64,000 nucleotides of DNA from Spirochaetia bacterium (lineage in GTDB: Bacteria; Spirochaetota; Spirochaetia; UBA9216): NCBI GenBank assembly GCA_965140585.1, contig OZ223270.1, forward strand, positions 512,001-576,000. Direction: 5' to 3'. The notes under the pieces were generated by a model that was not told the origin of the DNA, ran no database searches, and saw only the letters and a program-made list of their open reading frames with translations. Of this stretch, positions 1 to 10,138 are shown in pieces (within the stretch, counting starts at the first letter, position 1; every line of letters begins with the position of its first letter). The position numbers and the translations under genes were made by a program.

Positions 1-2
1 GT

Positions 3-734
3 CTTGATTACAGGGAAGTTAATGCAATTGTATCATCAAGACCTACTAACCCGACGGGTAATGTACTTACAGACTCAGAGGTTCAGCGATTAAGTGATAT
101 CGCAGAGGAAATGGAAATACCTCTGATTCTTGATAATGCATACGGACTGCCCTTTCCGGGAATAATTTTTGAAGATGTTAAACCTTTCTGGAACAATAAT
201 GTGATTTTAAGCATGAGTCTCTCCAAGATAGGTCTTCCCGCAACCCGAACCGGTATTATTATTGCAGATCGGAAGTATATTGAGGCAATTTCTGCAATGA
301 GTGCTGTAGCAAGCCTTGCTCCGGGTGGAATAGGTCAGGAGATTGTATTGCCGATGCTTGAAGACCGATCAATTCTTAAGATCAGCCGCGATATAGTTAT
401 GCCTTTCTACCGTAATAAATCTGAAAAAACTATAGACTTTATTAAGGAAATATTCGGTTCCCGTTTTGATTTTTCCATACATAAAAGCGAGGGTGCAATC
501 TTTCTGTGGATATGGTTCAGGAATCTCAAAGGCTCGTCTGTCGAACTTTACAACCGTCTTAAAAAACGCGGAGTAATTATTGTACCGGGAGAATATTTTT
601 TCTTCGGGCTGCCGAAAGAAGATTCAGGATGGGCACACCGCAGACAGTGTATCAGGATTAATTATTCTCAGAATGAGATTGAAGTTAAACGGGGGCTGGA
701 GATAATAGCTGAAGAGGCTGAAAAACTCTGCTGA
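3..734 (+). CDS. avtA: Valine--pyruvate transaminase (PLP class I/II aminotransferase), 5'-truncated by window edge
   Basis: Frame is open from base 3 (SRPTNPTGNV); DNAYG, SLSKIGLP (PLP lysine), EGAIFLW and VPGEYFF motifs typical of AvtA. Confidence 0.85.
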   Translation, partial: LDYREVNAIVSSRPTNPTGNVLTDSEVQRLSDIAEEMEIPLILDNAYGLPFPGIIFEDVKPFWNNNVILSMSLSKIGLPATRTGIIIADRKYIEAISAMSAVASLAPGGIGQEIVLPMLEDRSILKISRDIVMPFYRNKSEKTIDFIKEIFGSRFDFSIHKSEGAIFLWIWFRNLKGSSVELYNRLKKRGVIIVPGEYFFFGLPKEDSGWAHRRQCIRINYSQNEIEVKRGLEIIAEEAEKLC

Positions 735-754
735 TTATCTGACGAGGAGATAAT

Positions 755-3028
755 ATGAAAAAATTCGGTACATTTAAAGGTGTTTTTGTTCCTTCAACCG
801 AAGCAATTCTTGGAACAGTGCTTTTTCTGCTGATGCCGATGCTGACTGCAGATGTCGGTTTGTTTATGATGCTGGCAATAGTTTTTATTGCACATACTGT
901 TACTCTTGCAACTTCGTCTTCTCTGTCGGATTGTGCCACAAACCTTAATAAAATATCAGGCGGCGGCATGTATGCGCTTTCAAAGCAGTCTCTTGGAAAC
1001 GCTATGGGCGGTTCAATCGGTGTTATGCTTTATCTGGCCCAGGCTGCATCCATAGGGTTTTACTGTATAGGTTTTTCAGAACCTCTGCAGCCGATTCTTG
1101 CTCCTTTGCTTGCGAAAGTGATTCCAATATTTGCGCAGATTGATCCGGCATCGGTTCTTATTCAGAAACAGATTCTTGCCACAGTATTTATGCTTATCTT
1201 CTTTGTTATTGTTATGATAGGTGCTGATTTTACCCTGAAACTTCAGATTCTTATACTCTTTGTACTTTTTATCAGTGTTTTGACAATCTTCGCAGGGCCT
1301 CTTTTGAATATTGAATACAGCAGTACGGCGGTTTTTACTCCGGGTCTGAATTTAAGCGGGAACCGCACGATTACTATGGCTGTTTTCTTTTTTACCTTTA
1401 CCCAGTTTTTTCCTGCTGTCACCGGAATAAGTACCGGAATAGGAATGAGCGGAGATTTAAAAGATCCCCGAAAAAGTATTGTCAAGGGAACCTTCAGTTC
1501 TATATTTATCACGATGGCGGTATACCTGGGTGCAGTATTTATTTATTCTGCCATAGATAAGAATATTCTTCTGACAGGTTACCAGGAAGGCAGTCCGGTC
1601 GGTGTTATTCTTACTGAACTCTTCGGCCTGGGTAAGCCTTTTCCTGCAAATCTTCCCGGTCTCATGATTTTAATGGGTATTCTTTTTGCAACATGTTCAT
1701 CGGCGCTGAGCGTATTTATGACCGGACCGCGCACACTGCAGTTTCTGGCTAAAGACGGAATTCTGCCGGAAAAACTGATGTTTCTTAAAAATGATTTTAA
1801 GAAGGGCGGCACGGAACCCAGATACGCAATAATCGTTTCTTTCTTTATCGGCTTTGCTATAATCTGGATGGGAAGTATAAATTTTGCGTCGCTGGTTGTC
1901 GGTATTCTATTTTTAGTAGTTTATGGCTGGGTTAACGGGGCAGCCTTTCTTGAGCGCGTAAGTAAGAACCCGGCATTCAGGCCAACATTCAAAGGACACT
2001 GGCTTATTTCACTTTACGGTTTTGCCGCCTGTATTGCTGCAATCTGCCTTTTTAACTGGAAGGTCGGGTTGATAATATTTGTGAGTCAGTACATCATGTT
2101 TCGTCTGATTCTAAAATACAAGTCAAACGGACAGCTGGAAGGTGTCTGGTGGGGTTTTGTTTTCTCAATGATAACCCGTAACCTTTCAAGGCTTCAGAAG
2201 ATTGTACAGGGAACAATGAACTGGAGACCGGTACTTACAGCATTTGCCTTTCCTGAATATCCTGAAGACTGCAGCGCTGTTGTACAGCTTTCTGAGCAGA
2301 TTGCAGCCTATCAGGGGCTGGTTTCCTGCAATTTGCTTTCCCTGAACAGTAAGGATAACAGTGAAGGCAGCGGATTCTGTATTGATACTAATGTGCCTCT
2401 TGCGAATATAAGATCAGCCAATATGACTGAATCAATAATCACTATGCTGCAGGGCAGTAATGTAACCGGTATCAACAATAATACAGTACTTCTTGCGTAC
2501 AACAGCCGGATTAACAACGTAAGTATAATCAAGGCCGTGCTTGATGCCGGGCAGAATATGCTGCTTTACAAGAGCGGTCAGAAACAGGCCGGTACACAGA
2601 GGCTTGATATATGGTGGCGCGGAGAACGCAATGGTAACCTGATGGTTCTGCTTGCTTATATTGTAAACAGGCACCTGAAAGACAACAGGCTTGCGCCCTA
2701 CTCTATAAGAATTATCAGAAGGCTTGAAAAGGCTCAGCTTGAGGCTGAAGCAAGGGATGAAATTGATAATCTTCTGACTCTATCCAGGCTGGAGGGTGAG
2801 ACCGTTATTCTTCCGTGGTCAGACAGGAATTTCATGGATATTCTTACAGAAACTTCACGAGGAGCGTCACTTGTAATGCTTGGACTTCCGGGTAACTATG
2901 AGAGCAGACGTAGCAGTGTTTTCAGGCTTAATGAGCTGTTTTTCGACAGGGAAATCAACAGCTACAAAGATATGCCGCCGATTTTATTTGTGAAGAGCCA
3001 CCATGCAATGAATTTAATTGAGTCTTAA
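755..3028 (+). CDS. APC-superfamily permease, cation-chloride cotransporter (SLC12-like) with soluble C-terminal domain
   Basis: KFGTFKGVFVP, ILGTVLFL, GGGMY, FFPAVTG...MSGDLKDP; C-terminal NWRP and LDIWW motifs. Confidence 0.8.
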   Translation: MKKFGTFKGVFVPSTEAILGTVLFLLMPMLTADVGLFMMLAIVFIAHTVTLATSSSLSDCATNLNKISGGGMYALSKQSLGNAMGGSIGVMLYLAQAASIGFYCIGFSEPLQPILAPLLAKVIPIFAQIDPASVLIQKQILATVFMLIFFVIVMIGADFTLKLQILILFVLFISVLTIFAGPLLNIEYSSTAVFTPGLNLSGNRTITMAVFFFTFTQFFPAVTGISTGIGMSGDLKDPRKSIVKGTFSSIFITMAVYLGAVFIYSAIDKNILLTGYQEGSPVGVILTELFGLGKPFPANLPGLMILMGILFATCSSALSVFMTGPRTLQFLAKDGILPEKLMFLKNDFKKGGTEPRYAIIVSFFIGFAIIWMGSINFASLVVGILFLVVYGWVNGAAFLERVSKNPAFRPTFKGHWLISLYGFAACIAAICLFNWKVGLIIFVSQYIMFRLILKYKSNGQLEGVWWGFVFSMITRNLSRLQKIVQGTMNWRPVLTAFAFPEYPEDCSAVVQLSEQIAAYQGLVSCNLLSLNSKDNSEGSGFCIDTNVPLANIRSANMTESIITMLQGSNVTGINNNTVLLAYNSRINNVSIIKAVLDAGQNMLLYKSGQKQAGTQRLDIWWRGERNGNLMVLLAYIVNRHLKDNRLAPYSIRIIRRLEKAQLEAEARDEIDNLLTLSRLEGETVILPWSDRNFMDILTETSRGASLVMLGLPGNYESRRSSVFRLNELFFDREINSYKDMPPILFVKSHHAMNLIES

Positions 3029-4044
3029 TCATATTCTCTGTTCTGGAAGTATTCTTCCAGACAGAGCCCGTTTTCATATATTTCGGTTGCGATGGTTTTT
3101 CCGATAAAACGAAGGTGCCAGGGTTCATAGGTATATCCTGTTATCTCCTGCTTGTCTTCAGGGTAGCGGATGATAAAACCGAAGCTGTGAGCGTTTTCCT
3201 GAACCCAGATGCCAGGATCCGTATTTCCGAAACTCTGCTCCAGCTGGTAATTCATTTCGGGGCAGCTGATATCCATTGCAAGCCCGCTCTGATGTTCGCT
3301 TGTTCCGGGTTTTGCGCTGATTGTATCGGCATATTCTTTTCCATATGTACGAACATTTGCCTCATACAGACCTACTTGAGTACGATATGCCCTGTAGCCT
3401 GAGCGGGCATACAAGTCATATCCGCTTAGTTTTGCAGCGTCAAAGAGATCTGCTAGAGCCTCGGCGGCTTCTTTTCTAAGGTGATTAACTTCTTCAAAGC
3501 TAAGGATTGTGGGCACTGATACCCTGACCAGATCGGCAGGAATATAATCTCCGGGCAGTCTTCTATTTTTATTAACCAGAGTATCAAGCGCCTCCGCATC
3601 GGTGACAATGCCTTCTGCATCGATATAGTTTTCCGGGTCTTTTTTGATGTAGAAAAATGCGGAAGCCTGGTATTCACCAGCTGTAACGGTAAGCTCTGCA
3701 GTACTTCCGGACATTACGGAGTCTGCCGCTACTATTTCAATTATATATTCTGACTGGTCAGAATCTGTTTCATAACTTTTTATAGTCAGTAAATTTCCCG
3801 CTGAAAATGATCGGTGATCGACAACCTCCGATTTTACTTGAAAACTGAGACTCAGATCTTCAAGTGTAGTAAACTCTGAGCTTCTTTCACCGTTTTTTAC
3901 AGGATAAAGAGAAAGTTCTGCAGTTTCTCCGGGTCTTAGTGTAATATTACCTTTAGAAAACTCCAATGAATCAGGAGACTGAGCACTGCATGAAATAATT
4001 ATTAAAACGGATAATATAAAAACCAATAATCTGTTAAGTCCCAT
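3025..4044 (-). CDS. D-Ala-D-Ala carboxypeptidase (VanY/M15B), probable lipoprotein
   Basis: Lipobox-like IIISC; LVNK, SGYR, PGTSEHQSGLAMD and YEPWHLR motifs. Confidence 0.88.
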   Translation of the reverse strand: MGLNRLLVFILSVLIIISCSAQSPDSLEFSKGNITLRPGETAELSLYPVKNGERSSEFTTLEDLSLSFQVKSEVVDHRSFSAGNLLTIKSYETDSDQSEYIIEIVAADSVMSGSTAELTVTAGEYQASAFFYIKKDPENYIDAEGIVTDAEALDTLVNKNRRLPGDYIPADLVRVSVPTILSFEEVNHLRKEAAEALADLFDAAKLSGYDLYARSGYRAYRTQVGLYEANVRTYGKEYADTISAKPGTSEHQSGLAMDISCPEMNYQLEQSFGNTDPGIWVQENAHSFGFIIRYPEDKQEITGYTYEPWHLRFIGKTIATEIYENGLCLEEYFQNREYD

Positions 4045-4084
4045 ACCTAGGACTTAACAGGAAATATCAAAAAAATCAAGACAA

Positions 4085-5377
4085 CTAAAGCAGCAGAAAC
4101 AGTCTTGATAGAATTAATGCTGCTGCCAGTACAACTAAAACAGGTTTTATCAGCCCCGAGAGTGATTTTGCGAGTCCGGTTTTAAAGTATTCATTAGAGA
4201 CGATAAGACATACGTGAACCGGGGACATCAGCTGTCCGGCATGCCCGAAGGTATATGCCAGCACCGTTGTTGAGGCTACAAGTGCAAAATCAGGGTTTGT
4301 TCCTATGAGGCTCATTACAATCGGAAATGCGGCACCGACAGTTCCTATTGCTATACCGGTAGAAACTCCGCATAGAAAGGGAATTATCATGATAAGAATA
4401 AATGATGATATACCCGCATGTGAGAGCTCGTCGCTCATTACAGACATAAGGAGTCTGCCGTCGGGAAGGTTTCCCTCTATAAAGGCTCCGTAGATTCTTA
4501 TCAGTGCTACAAGCACTACCATGTTAACTAGGCTTTTTGACAGCAGAATCTTTTTCCATGATGCCGGAGGAATGGGCTTTTTTATCTGCAGATATACTAT
4601 AGCAGCAAGGATTCCGAGGCTTATCGGCAGATAGCGGGAAATATCTGTCATTCCCGGAAAAATGATGCTCAACCCTGCATAGAAGATAACAATTATGATA
4701 ATGGGCATCAGCAGTATGATAATACTTTCTTTTCTTGAATGAAGGTCAGAGTTAGTTTTTTCTGCCTGTGCGGGGCGTCTGCGCATCAGAAAAAACCATG
4801 CACCGCTTACCGAGAAAAGAGTGACTGGAAACATAATCAGCATGAACTGCCATACTTCAAGGCCGGAAATATCAATTGCCAGTAGAACTCCAGGATACAG
4901 TGGCCACCAGTATTCCCAGACATGTCTGAACCAGTAATTAATTCTGGTTTTCTGAAAACCCTGATAATCACTGTTAGTGTCACAGCTGTCTACCAGCGGT
5001 GCAGAAAAAACGGCTCCGCCGGGCATCGGCAGCAGTCCTATAACGGCCGGCAGAATAGCCATTGAGGCTTCTCTTGAGAATCGGGCTGAGATTCCGGTAG
5101 AGAGGTCTGCCATTGCTCCTGATTCTTTCATCTGTGATGATAGAACCAAAATAATTATAACTACAAAAAGCAGAAACAGGTTGTTTATATCGGTAAATCG
5201 ATCCAAAGAAATCCAAAGTGCTGTAATCGGGCTATGACCGCAGAGAAAGGCCAGAATTACTGTTCCGGCCAGAACTGCAGGAATCTGGCGGGATAACAAT
5301 CTGTTGATAACAATTATTGCTATCAGAGATATAAGAATTTTTATTAAAACAGGAATAGACAACAATAATTGATACAC
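4085..5377 (-). CDS. DUF401-family membrane protein (ion transporter superfamily)
   Basis: Multi-TM; GLLPMPGGAVFSAP, NYWFRHVWEYWWPLYPG and SPVHVCL motifs. Confidence 0.8.
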   Translation of the reverse strand: MYQLLLSIPVLIKILISLIAIIVINRLLSRQIPAVLAGTVILAFLCGHSPITALWISLDRFTDINNLFLLFVVIIILVLSSQMKESGAMADLSTGISARFSREASMAILPAVIGLLPMPGGAVFSAPLVDSCDTNSDYQGFQKTRINYWFRHVWEYWWPLYPGVLLAIDISGLEVWQFMLIMFPVTLFSVSGAWFFLMRRRPAQAEKTNSDLHSRKESIIILLMPIIIIVIFYAGLSIIFPGMTDISRYLPISLGILAAIVYLQIKKPIPPASWKKILLSKSLVNMVVLVALIRIYGAFIEGNLPDGRLLMSVMSDELSHAGISSFILIMIIPFLCGVSTGIAIGTVGAAFPIVMSLIGTNPDFALVASTTVLAYTFGHAGQLMSPVHVCLIVSNEYFKTGLAKSLSGLIKPVLVVLAAALILSRLFLLL

Positions 5378-5447
5378 AAATTTCTCCGGGATATTTTAAT
5401 TTACCTCATATTATCAGCAGTCGCTGTTTTCATCAATTATCGCTGTT

Positions 5448-5483
5448 GTTAGTGTTGACTAATATACTTACTATTGGTATTTT
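5448..5483 (+). promoter_or_regulatory. feoAB sigma70 promoter with overlapping TTAG-N6-CTAA dyad (DtxR/MntR-type operator candidate)
   Basis: TTGACT 5455-5460, 17 bp spacer, TATTTT 5478-5483; TTAGTGTTGACTAA 5449-5462 overlaps the -35. Confidence 0.6.
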
Positions 5484-5515
5484 TGAACTGAACCAGACAA
5501 AATAGAAGGAATGAA

Positions 5516-5770
5516 ATGACGCCTGAAGATATGGATGTGAATACTGCAATTCCTCTTGATAAACTGAAACCGGGAAAAACCGCGCTGGTTGAGCGTATTA
5601 CAGGCGGCAGACATCTGAGGCAGAAGCTGGTGAATCTTGGAATGCTCCCCGGTTCAGAAGTCAGTATCGTACGTTCAAACAGACTTGGTCCGATGGTTCT
5701 GAATGTGCAGGGTTCACAGATCATGCTTGGTGCAGGGATGGCATCAAAGATATATGTCCGGGAAAACTGA
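5516..5770 (+). CDS. feoA: Ferrous iron transport protein A
   Basis: SH3-like FeoA pattern (LKPG...RQKLVNLGMLPG...GPMVL), directly upstream of feoB. Confidence 0.92.
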   Translation: MTPEDMDVNTAIPLDKLKPGKTALVERITGGRHLRQKLVNLGMLPGSEVSIVRSNRLGPMVLNVQGSQIMLGAGMASKIYVREN

Positions 5771-7910
5771 ATATACAATTGCCTTTGTAGGAAACCCAAA
5801 CAGCGGGAAAAGTACTCTTTTTAATGCTCTTACCGGAGCTCGTCAGCAGATTGGAAACTGGCCCGGTGTAACCGTTGAAAGAGTTGAAGGAAGTTACCTT
5901 TTTAACGATATAAAATACAGCCTGATTGACCTCCCCGGTATCTATTCCCTTACTCCGAATACCGAGGACGAAAGAGTTTCAAGAGACTATATTCTTGAAA
6001 ATGATGCTGATCTGGTTGTAAATGTTGTCGATTCCTCCAATCTTGCAAGAAATCTCTATTTGACAGCACAGCTTATAGAAATGAAAGTTCCGGTTATTGT
6101 TGTTCTTAACATGATGGATCTTGCCAGGGCCAATGGATACAGTATCGATATTGAGCATCTGAGTGCTCACCTGAAATGCCCGGTTTTCGCTATGAGCGCA
6201 GTTGAACAGGCTGATGTTAGAAAGCTTCGGGAAAATTTGCTTTTTTATATCGAAAATAAAACAGTTTCTGATGCTGTAATCAAATATCCGAATGAAATTG
6301 AAGATCAGATAAAAAACTGGTCGGAAAAAATTGAAAACTCCGGTGTGAAATTCAGGCTTGATTTAAGATGGATGCTTCTCAGGGTAATTGAAGAGGATCA
6401 CTGGATTACTGAAAAAATTACTAGAACCTCAATACTTGAAAAAGAAGAAATTGTTGCCGGAATAGAAAAGATTAAAACAATTCTTAATGAAGCTCCGGAT
6501 ATGGTTATAGCCGATTATGTCTACGGAGCTGTAAACGGTGTATGCCGTGAAGTGCTTCAAAAGGTTAAAACTGCAAAACCGGTTAGCGATAGAATTGATT
6601 CTGTGGTCATGCATCCGTTTCTGGGTGTGCCTGTTTTTCTTCTGGTAATGCTGCTGGTCTTTTTTGTTACTATTGAAATAGGGAATATTTTTGTCGACTG
6701 GTTTGATCAGCTTGCCGGTATTGTTTTTGTAGATGGTTTCGGATCTTTAATTTCGATGACAGGTGCTCCTGGCTGGGTGAGGTATCTGCTTGCAGATGGC
6801 GTAGGCTCGGGAATTCAGACAGTTATTTCCTTTATTCCCTTCGTATTTTTTATGTTTCTTATGCTTTCATTGCTTGAAGACTCGGGTTACATGGCACGGG
6901 CGGCTTTTGTTATGGATAAGTTCATGGGTAAACTTGGACTTCCGGGAAAGGCCTTTGTGCCGATGATTGTTGGCTTCGGCTGTACTGTCCCTGCAATATT
7001 GGCAACAAGGACACTAGATAACAAAAGAGACCGTATGATTACGGTTTTCATGGTACCGATGATGTCCTGCGGCGCAAAACTGCCGGTATATGCACTTTTT
7101 GCTGCTGCTTTTTTTCCGCACAGTACGGGATTTATCGTTTTCTCGCTTTATCTGGCCGGTATTCTTGTTGCAATTCTTTCAGGTCTTCTGATTAAATTTA
7201 CACTGTTCAGCGGAGAGCCGTCACATCTGATTATGGAACTTCCCCGCTACCATGTACCGAGAGCCAGACATATACTCCTTCATACCTGGACCAGAGTGAA
7301 GGATTTTATAAAGAGGGCAGGTAAGGTTATTATTGTTGCTGTATTCCTCCTTTCAGTACTTTCCTCAATCACTATCAATGGAAAATTTGAGCCGCACAAC
7401 ACCGGAGATTCAGTTCTTTCGTCTGTCGGCAAGGTTCTAACCCCGGTATTTACTCCGATGGGAGTCTCTGAGGACAACTGGCCGGCTACTGTTGGTCTGT
7501 TTACCGGAATCCTTGCCAAGGAATCAATTGTCGGAACGCTGAGTGCTCTCTACAGTCAGACTGAATCGACTGAAGCTCATGAAAGCGGGTTTGCTGTATT
7601 AAGAAGCCGCTTTTCTTCCGCTGCAGCTTATGCTTATCTTTTATTTGTACTTCTGTATATGCCCTGCATTGCAGCCGTAAGTGCGGCTATGAAGGAAATA
7701 AGTGTTAAGTTCGGGCTTCTGCAGGCTTTTTACCTGACTATCGTTGCCTGGATATTTTCAACTCTTTTCTTTCAGATTGCTGAAGGACATAATCCGGTAT
7801 TAATAATCATTCCTCTTTTAATCGTAATTCTTATCACTGCAGCTTTTAAGACGGCGGGAAACTACTTCCGCAGGCAGGATCGTTTGTATAAGGATCCTGT
7901 TGACGGTTGA
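5754..7910 (+). CDS. feoB: Ferrous iron transport protein B
   Basis: GNPNSGKS, GNWPGVTVE, DLPGIYS and NMMD GTPase motifs plus membrane domain with GFGCTVP; start moved to ATG 5754. Confidence 0.96.
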   Translation: MSGKTEYTIAFVGNPNSGKSTLFNALTGARQQIGNWPGVTVERVEGSYLFNDIKYSLIDLPGIYSLTPNTEDERVSRDYILENDADLVVNVVDSSNLARNLYLTAQLIEMKVPVIVVLNMMDLARANGYSIDIEHLSAHLKCPVFAMSAVEQADVRKLRENLLFYIENKTVSDAVIKYPNEIEDQIKNWSEKIENSGVKFRLDLRWMLLRVIEEDHWITEKITRTSILEKEEIVAGIEKIKTILNEAPDMVIADYVYGAVNGVCREVLQKVKTAKPVSDRIDSVVMHPFLGVPVFLLVMLLVFFVTIEIGNIFVDWFDQLAGIVFVDGFGSLISMTGAPGWVRYLLADGVGSGIQTVISFIPFVFFMFLMLSLLEDSGYMARAAFVMDKFMGKLGLPGKAFVPMIVGFGCTVPAILATRTLDNKRDRMITVFMVPMMSCGAKLPVYALFAAAFFPHSTGFIVFSLYLAGILVAILSGLLIKFTLFSGEPSHLIMELPRYHVPRARHILLHTWTRVKDFIKRAGKVIIVAVFLLSVLSSITINGKFEPHNTGDSVLSSVGKVLTPVFTPMGVSEDNWPATVGLFTGILAKESIVGTLSALYSQTESTEAHESGFAVLRSRFSSAAAYAYLLFVLLYMPCIAAVSAAMKEISVKFGLLQAFYLTIVAWIFSTLFFQIAEGHNPVLIIIPLLIVILITAAFKTAGNYFRRQDRLYKDPVDG

Positions 7911-7979
7911 CAAAGCACTACTGCAGGCAGACAATTTAATAATACAGGTATATAATATTCCTACCACAGGGAGGACAAA

Positions 7980-8690
7980 ATGAGTTTACACATTGGTGCG
8001 GATAAGGGCGTTATTGCTGATACCGTTTTAATGCCGGGAGATCCGTTGCGCGCAAAATATGCAGCTGAAAAATTTCTGGAAAATCCGGTTTGTCATAATA
8101 ATGTTCGCGGAATGCTCGGATATACCGGAACCTACAAGGGAAAGAAAATTTCTATTCAGGGAAGTGGAATGGGGCAGCCTTCTATCGGTATTTATGCCTA
8201 TGAGCTTATCAATGATTATGATGTTAAGACCATAATGAGAATAGGCTCCTGCGGATCTGTACAGCCTGAGATTGAATTAAGAGAAGTGATCATAGCAATG
8301 ACGGCTTCCACAAATTCAGCAATCAACAAGGGTGTTTTTAAGGGAATGGATTTCTGTCCCTGCGCAGATCCCGAACTTTTTATCAATGCTGTCAATAAAG
8401 GAAAAGAACTGGGATTTAAGACCAGAGCTGGTAATATTCTTTCCTCTGATGTTTTTTATGATGATGATCCCGAAATCTGGAAACTATGGGCCAGATACGG
8501 AATTCTTGGAATTGAAATGGAGGCTTCTGCATTGTATTCACTTGCTGCAAAATTCGGAATAAAGGCACTGGCAATTTGTACTGTCAGCGACAGTATTGTA
8601 AATCAGACCCTATTGAGCAGTGAAGAGCGTGAAAAAACATTCGATGACATGATTATTCTTGCTCTCGAAACTGCACTTGTAACGGAGTAA
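7980..8690 (+). CDS. deoD: Purine nucleoside phosphorylase
   Basis: MPGDPLRA, GMGQPS, RIGSCG and IEMEA motifs. Confidence 0.96.
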   Translation: MSLHIGADKGVIADTVLMPGDPLRAKYAAEKFLENPVCHNNVRGMLGYTGTYKGKKISIQGSGMGQPSIGIYAYELINDYDVKTIMRIGSCGSVQPEIELREVIIAMTASTNSAINKGVFKGMDFCPCADPELFINAVNKGKELGFKTRAGNILSSDVFYDDDPEIWKLWARYGILGIEMEASALYSLAAKFGIKALAICTVSDSIVNQTLLSSEEREKTFDDMIILALETALVTE

Positions 8691-8692
8691 TC

Positions 8693-9175
8693 TTGAAACT
8701 TGAAAGTGAACTGGAAAATGCCAGGAAAAAATACAAGGAAACCAAGGCTGTAATTGAAAAACTGAAAAAATTCAAACGAAAGGATCTGGATGAACTTTTT
8801 TTCAGAGTTCATGACCAGGTTTTTGAGGATATCGACTGCAGGGAATGCGGAAACTGCTGTAAAACGCTGGGCCCCAGGGTAACCAACAGAGATATTCAGA
8901 AAATCAGCAAGTATATAAATATGAGGGCAGGGAAGGTTGTAAAGTTTTACCTTGATGTTGATGAAGACAACGATTTCGTTTTCAACCAGATGCCATGTCC
9001 CTTCCTGGAGGACGGGAATTTCTGTAAAATTTATGATGCCCGTCCGCGTGCCTGTGAAGAGTTTCCGCATACGGATCTGCCGAATATGCAGAAGAAACTT
9101 CACATTACACTGAAAAACAGCCTGGTTTGTCCGGCTGTATTCAGGATGATTGAATTAATTAAAGAAGAGATCTGA
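8693..9175 (+). CDS. YkgJ-family cysteine cluster protein
   Basis: CRECGNCC, CPFL, CKIY..RP.AC..FP. Confidence 0.85.
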   Translation: MKLESELENARKKYKETKAVIEKLKKFKRKDLDELFFRVHDQVFEDIDCRECGNCCKTLGPRVTNRDIQKISKYINMRAGKVVKFYLDVDEDNDFVFNQMPCPFLEDGNFCKIYDARPRACEEFPHTDLPNMQKKLHITLKNSLVCPAVFRMIELIKEEI

Positions 9176-10098
9176 TGGATAAACACAGAACTGCCAGGAT
9201 AAAACAGGCTTCGGTAGCTGGAATCGCCGGAAACGGCTTCCTGGCGGTTCTGAAAATCACATTCGGAACTATTGGCGGCAGTGCGGCCCTTGTCGGTGCA
9301 GGTATAGATACTGCTACCGATATTATCTCTTCTCTGATCTCCCTATTTACAGCAAATATAATTTCAAAACCGCCTGATCGGGAACATCCCTACGGCCACG
9401 GACGGGCGGAAACCATTGCTGCAAAAATACTTTCATTCATTATCATCTTTGCGGGGGCACAGCTGCTTCTCTCTTCAATCACGGCTCTTTTCAGTCATGA
9501 AGAAAAAGCTATACCGCAGAACTTTGTAATCTATATTTCCGTAGTATCGATAGTAGGGAAGTTAATCCTCTTTCTGTACAAGATGAAAATAGGAAAAGAA
9601 ATTAACAGTCAGATGGTGATTGCCGATGCGAAGAATATGAGAGCAGATATTGTGCTTTCGTCCTCTGTTCTTGCAGGTCTTTTTCTGGTGGAAATTACAA
9701 GGCTACCATTAATCGATTCAATCATGGCTATTGCAGTTGCCCTATGGATTCTTAAAAGCGGTTTATCCATATTCATGGAATCAAATGATGAGCTGATGGA
9801 AGGTTCCGGTGATACTGAAATATATAAGCAGGTCTTTGATATTCTAAGGGAGATAGAAGGTATATCGAACCCTCATCGTGTCAGAATAAGAAAAATAAAC
9901 ACGATGATTGTTATCGATCTGGATATAGAAGTTGACGGTACCATCAGTGTAAACCGTGGACATGCTCTGGCGGTAAAAGCTGAAAAGTCAATTATGCAAA
10001 AAATAGAAAATGTGTATGACATCATTGTACATGTTGAACCGGATGGTAATTTTGAGAATCAGGAACGCTACGGTTTGACAGAGCAAAGTCTGGATTAG
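9175..10098 (+). CDS. Cation diffusion facilitator family transporter
   Basis: Six TM segments, HPYGHGRAE, C-terminal HRVRIR...HVEP dimerisation domain. Confidence 0.92.
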   Translation: MDKHRTARIKQASVAGIAGNGFLAVLKITFGTIGGSAALVGAGIDTATDIISSLISLFTANIISKPPDREHPYGHGRAETIAAKILSFIIIFAGAQLLLSSITALFSHEEKAIPQNFVIYISVVSIVGKLILFLYKMKIGKEINSQMVIADAKNMRADIVLSSSVLAGLFLVEITRLPLIDSIMAIAVALWILKSGLSIFMESNDELMEGSGDTEIYKQVFDILREIEGISNPHRVRIRKINTMIVIDLDIEVDGTISVNRGHALAVKAEKSIMQKIENVYDIIVHVEPDGNFENQERYGLTEQSLD

Positions 10099-10138
10099 TA
10101 TAATTAATAGACATATAATTTCAGGAGTTAAATAATTT

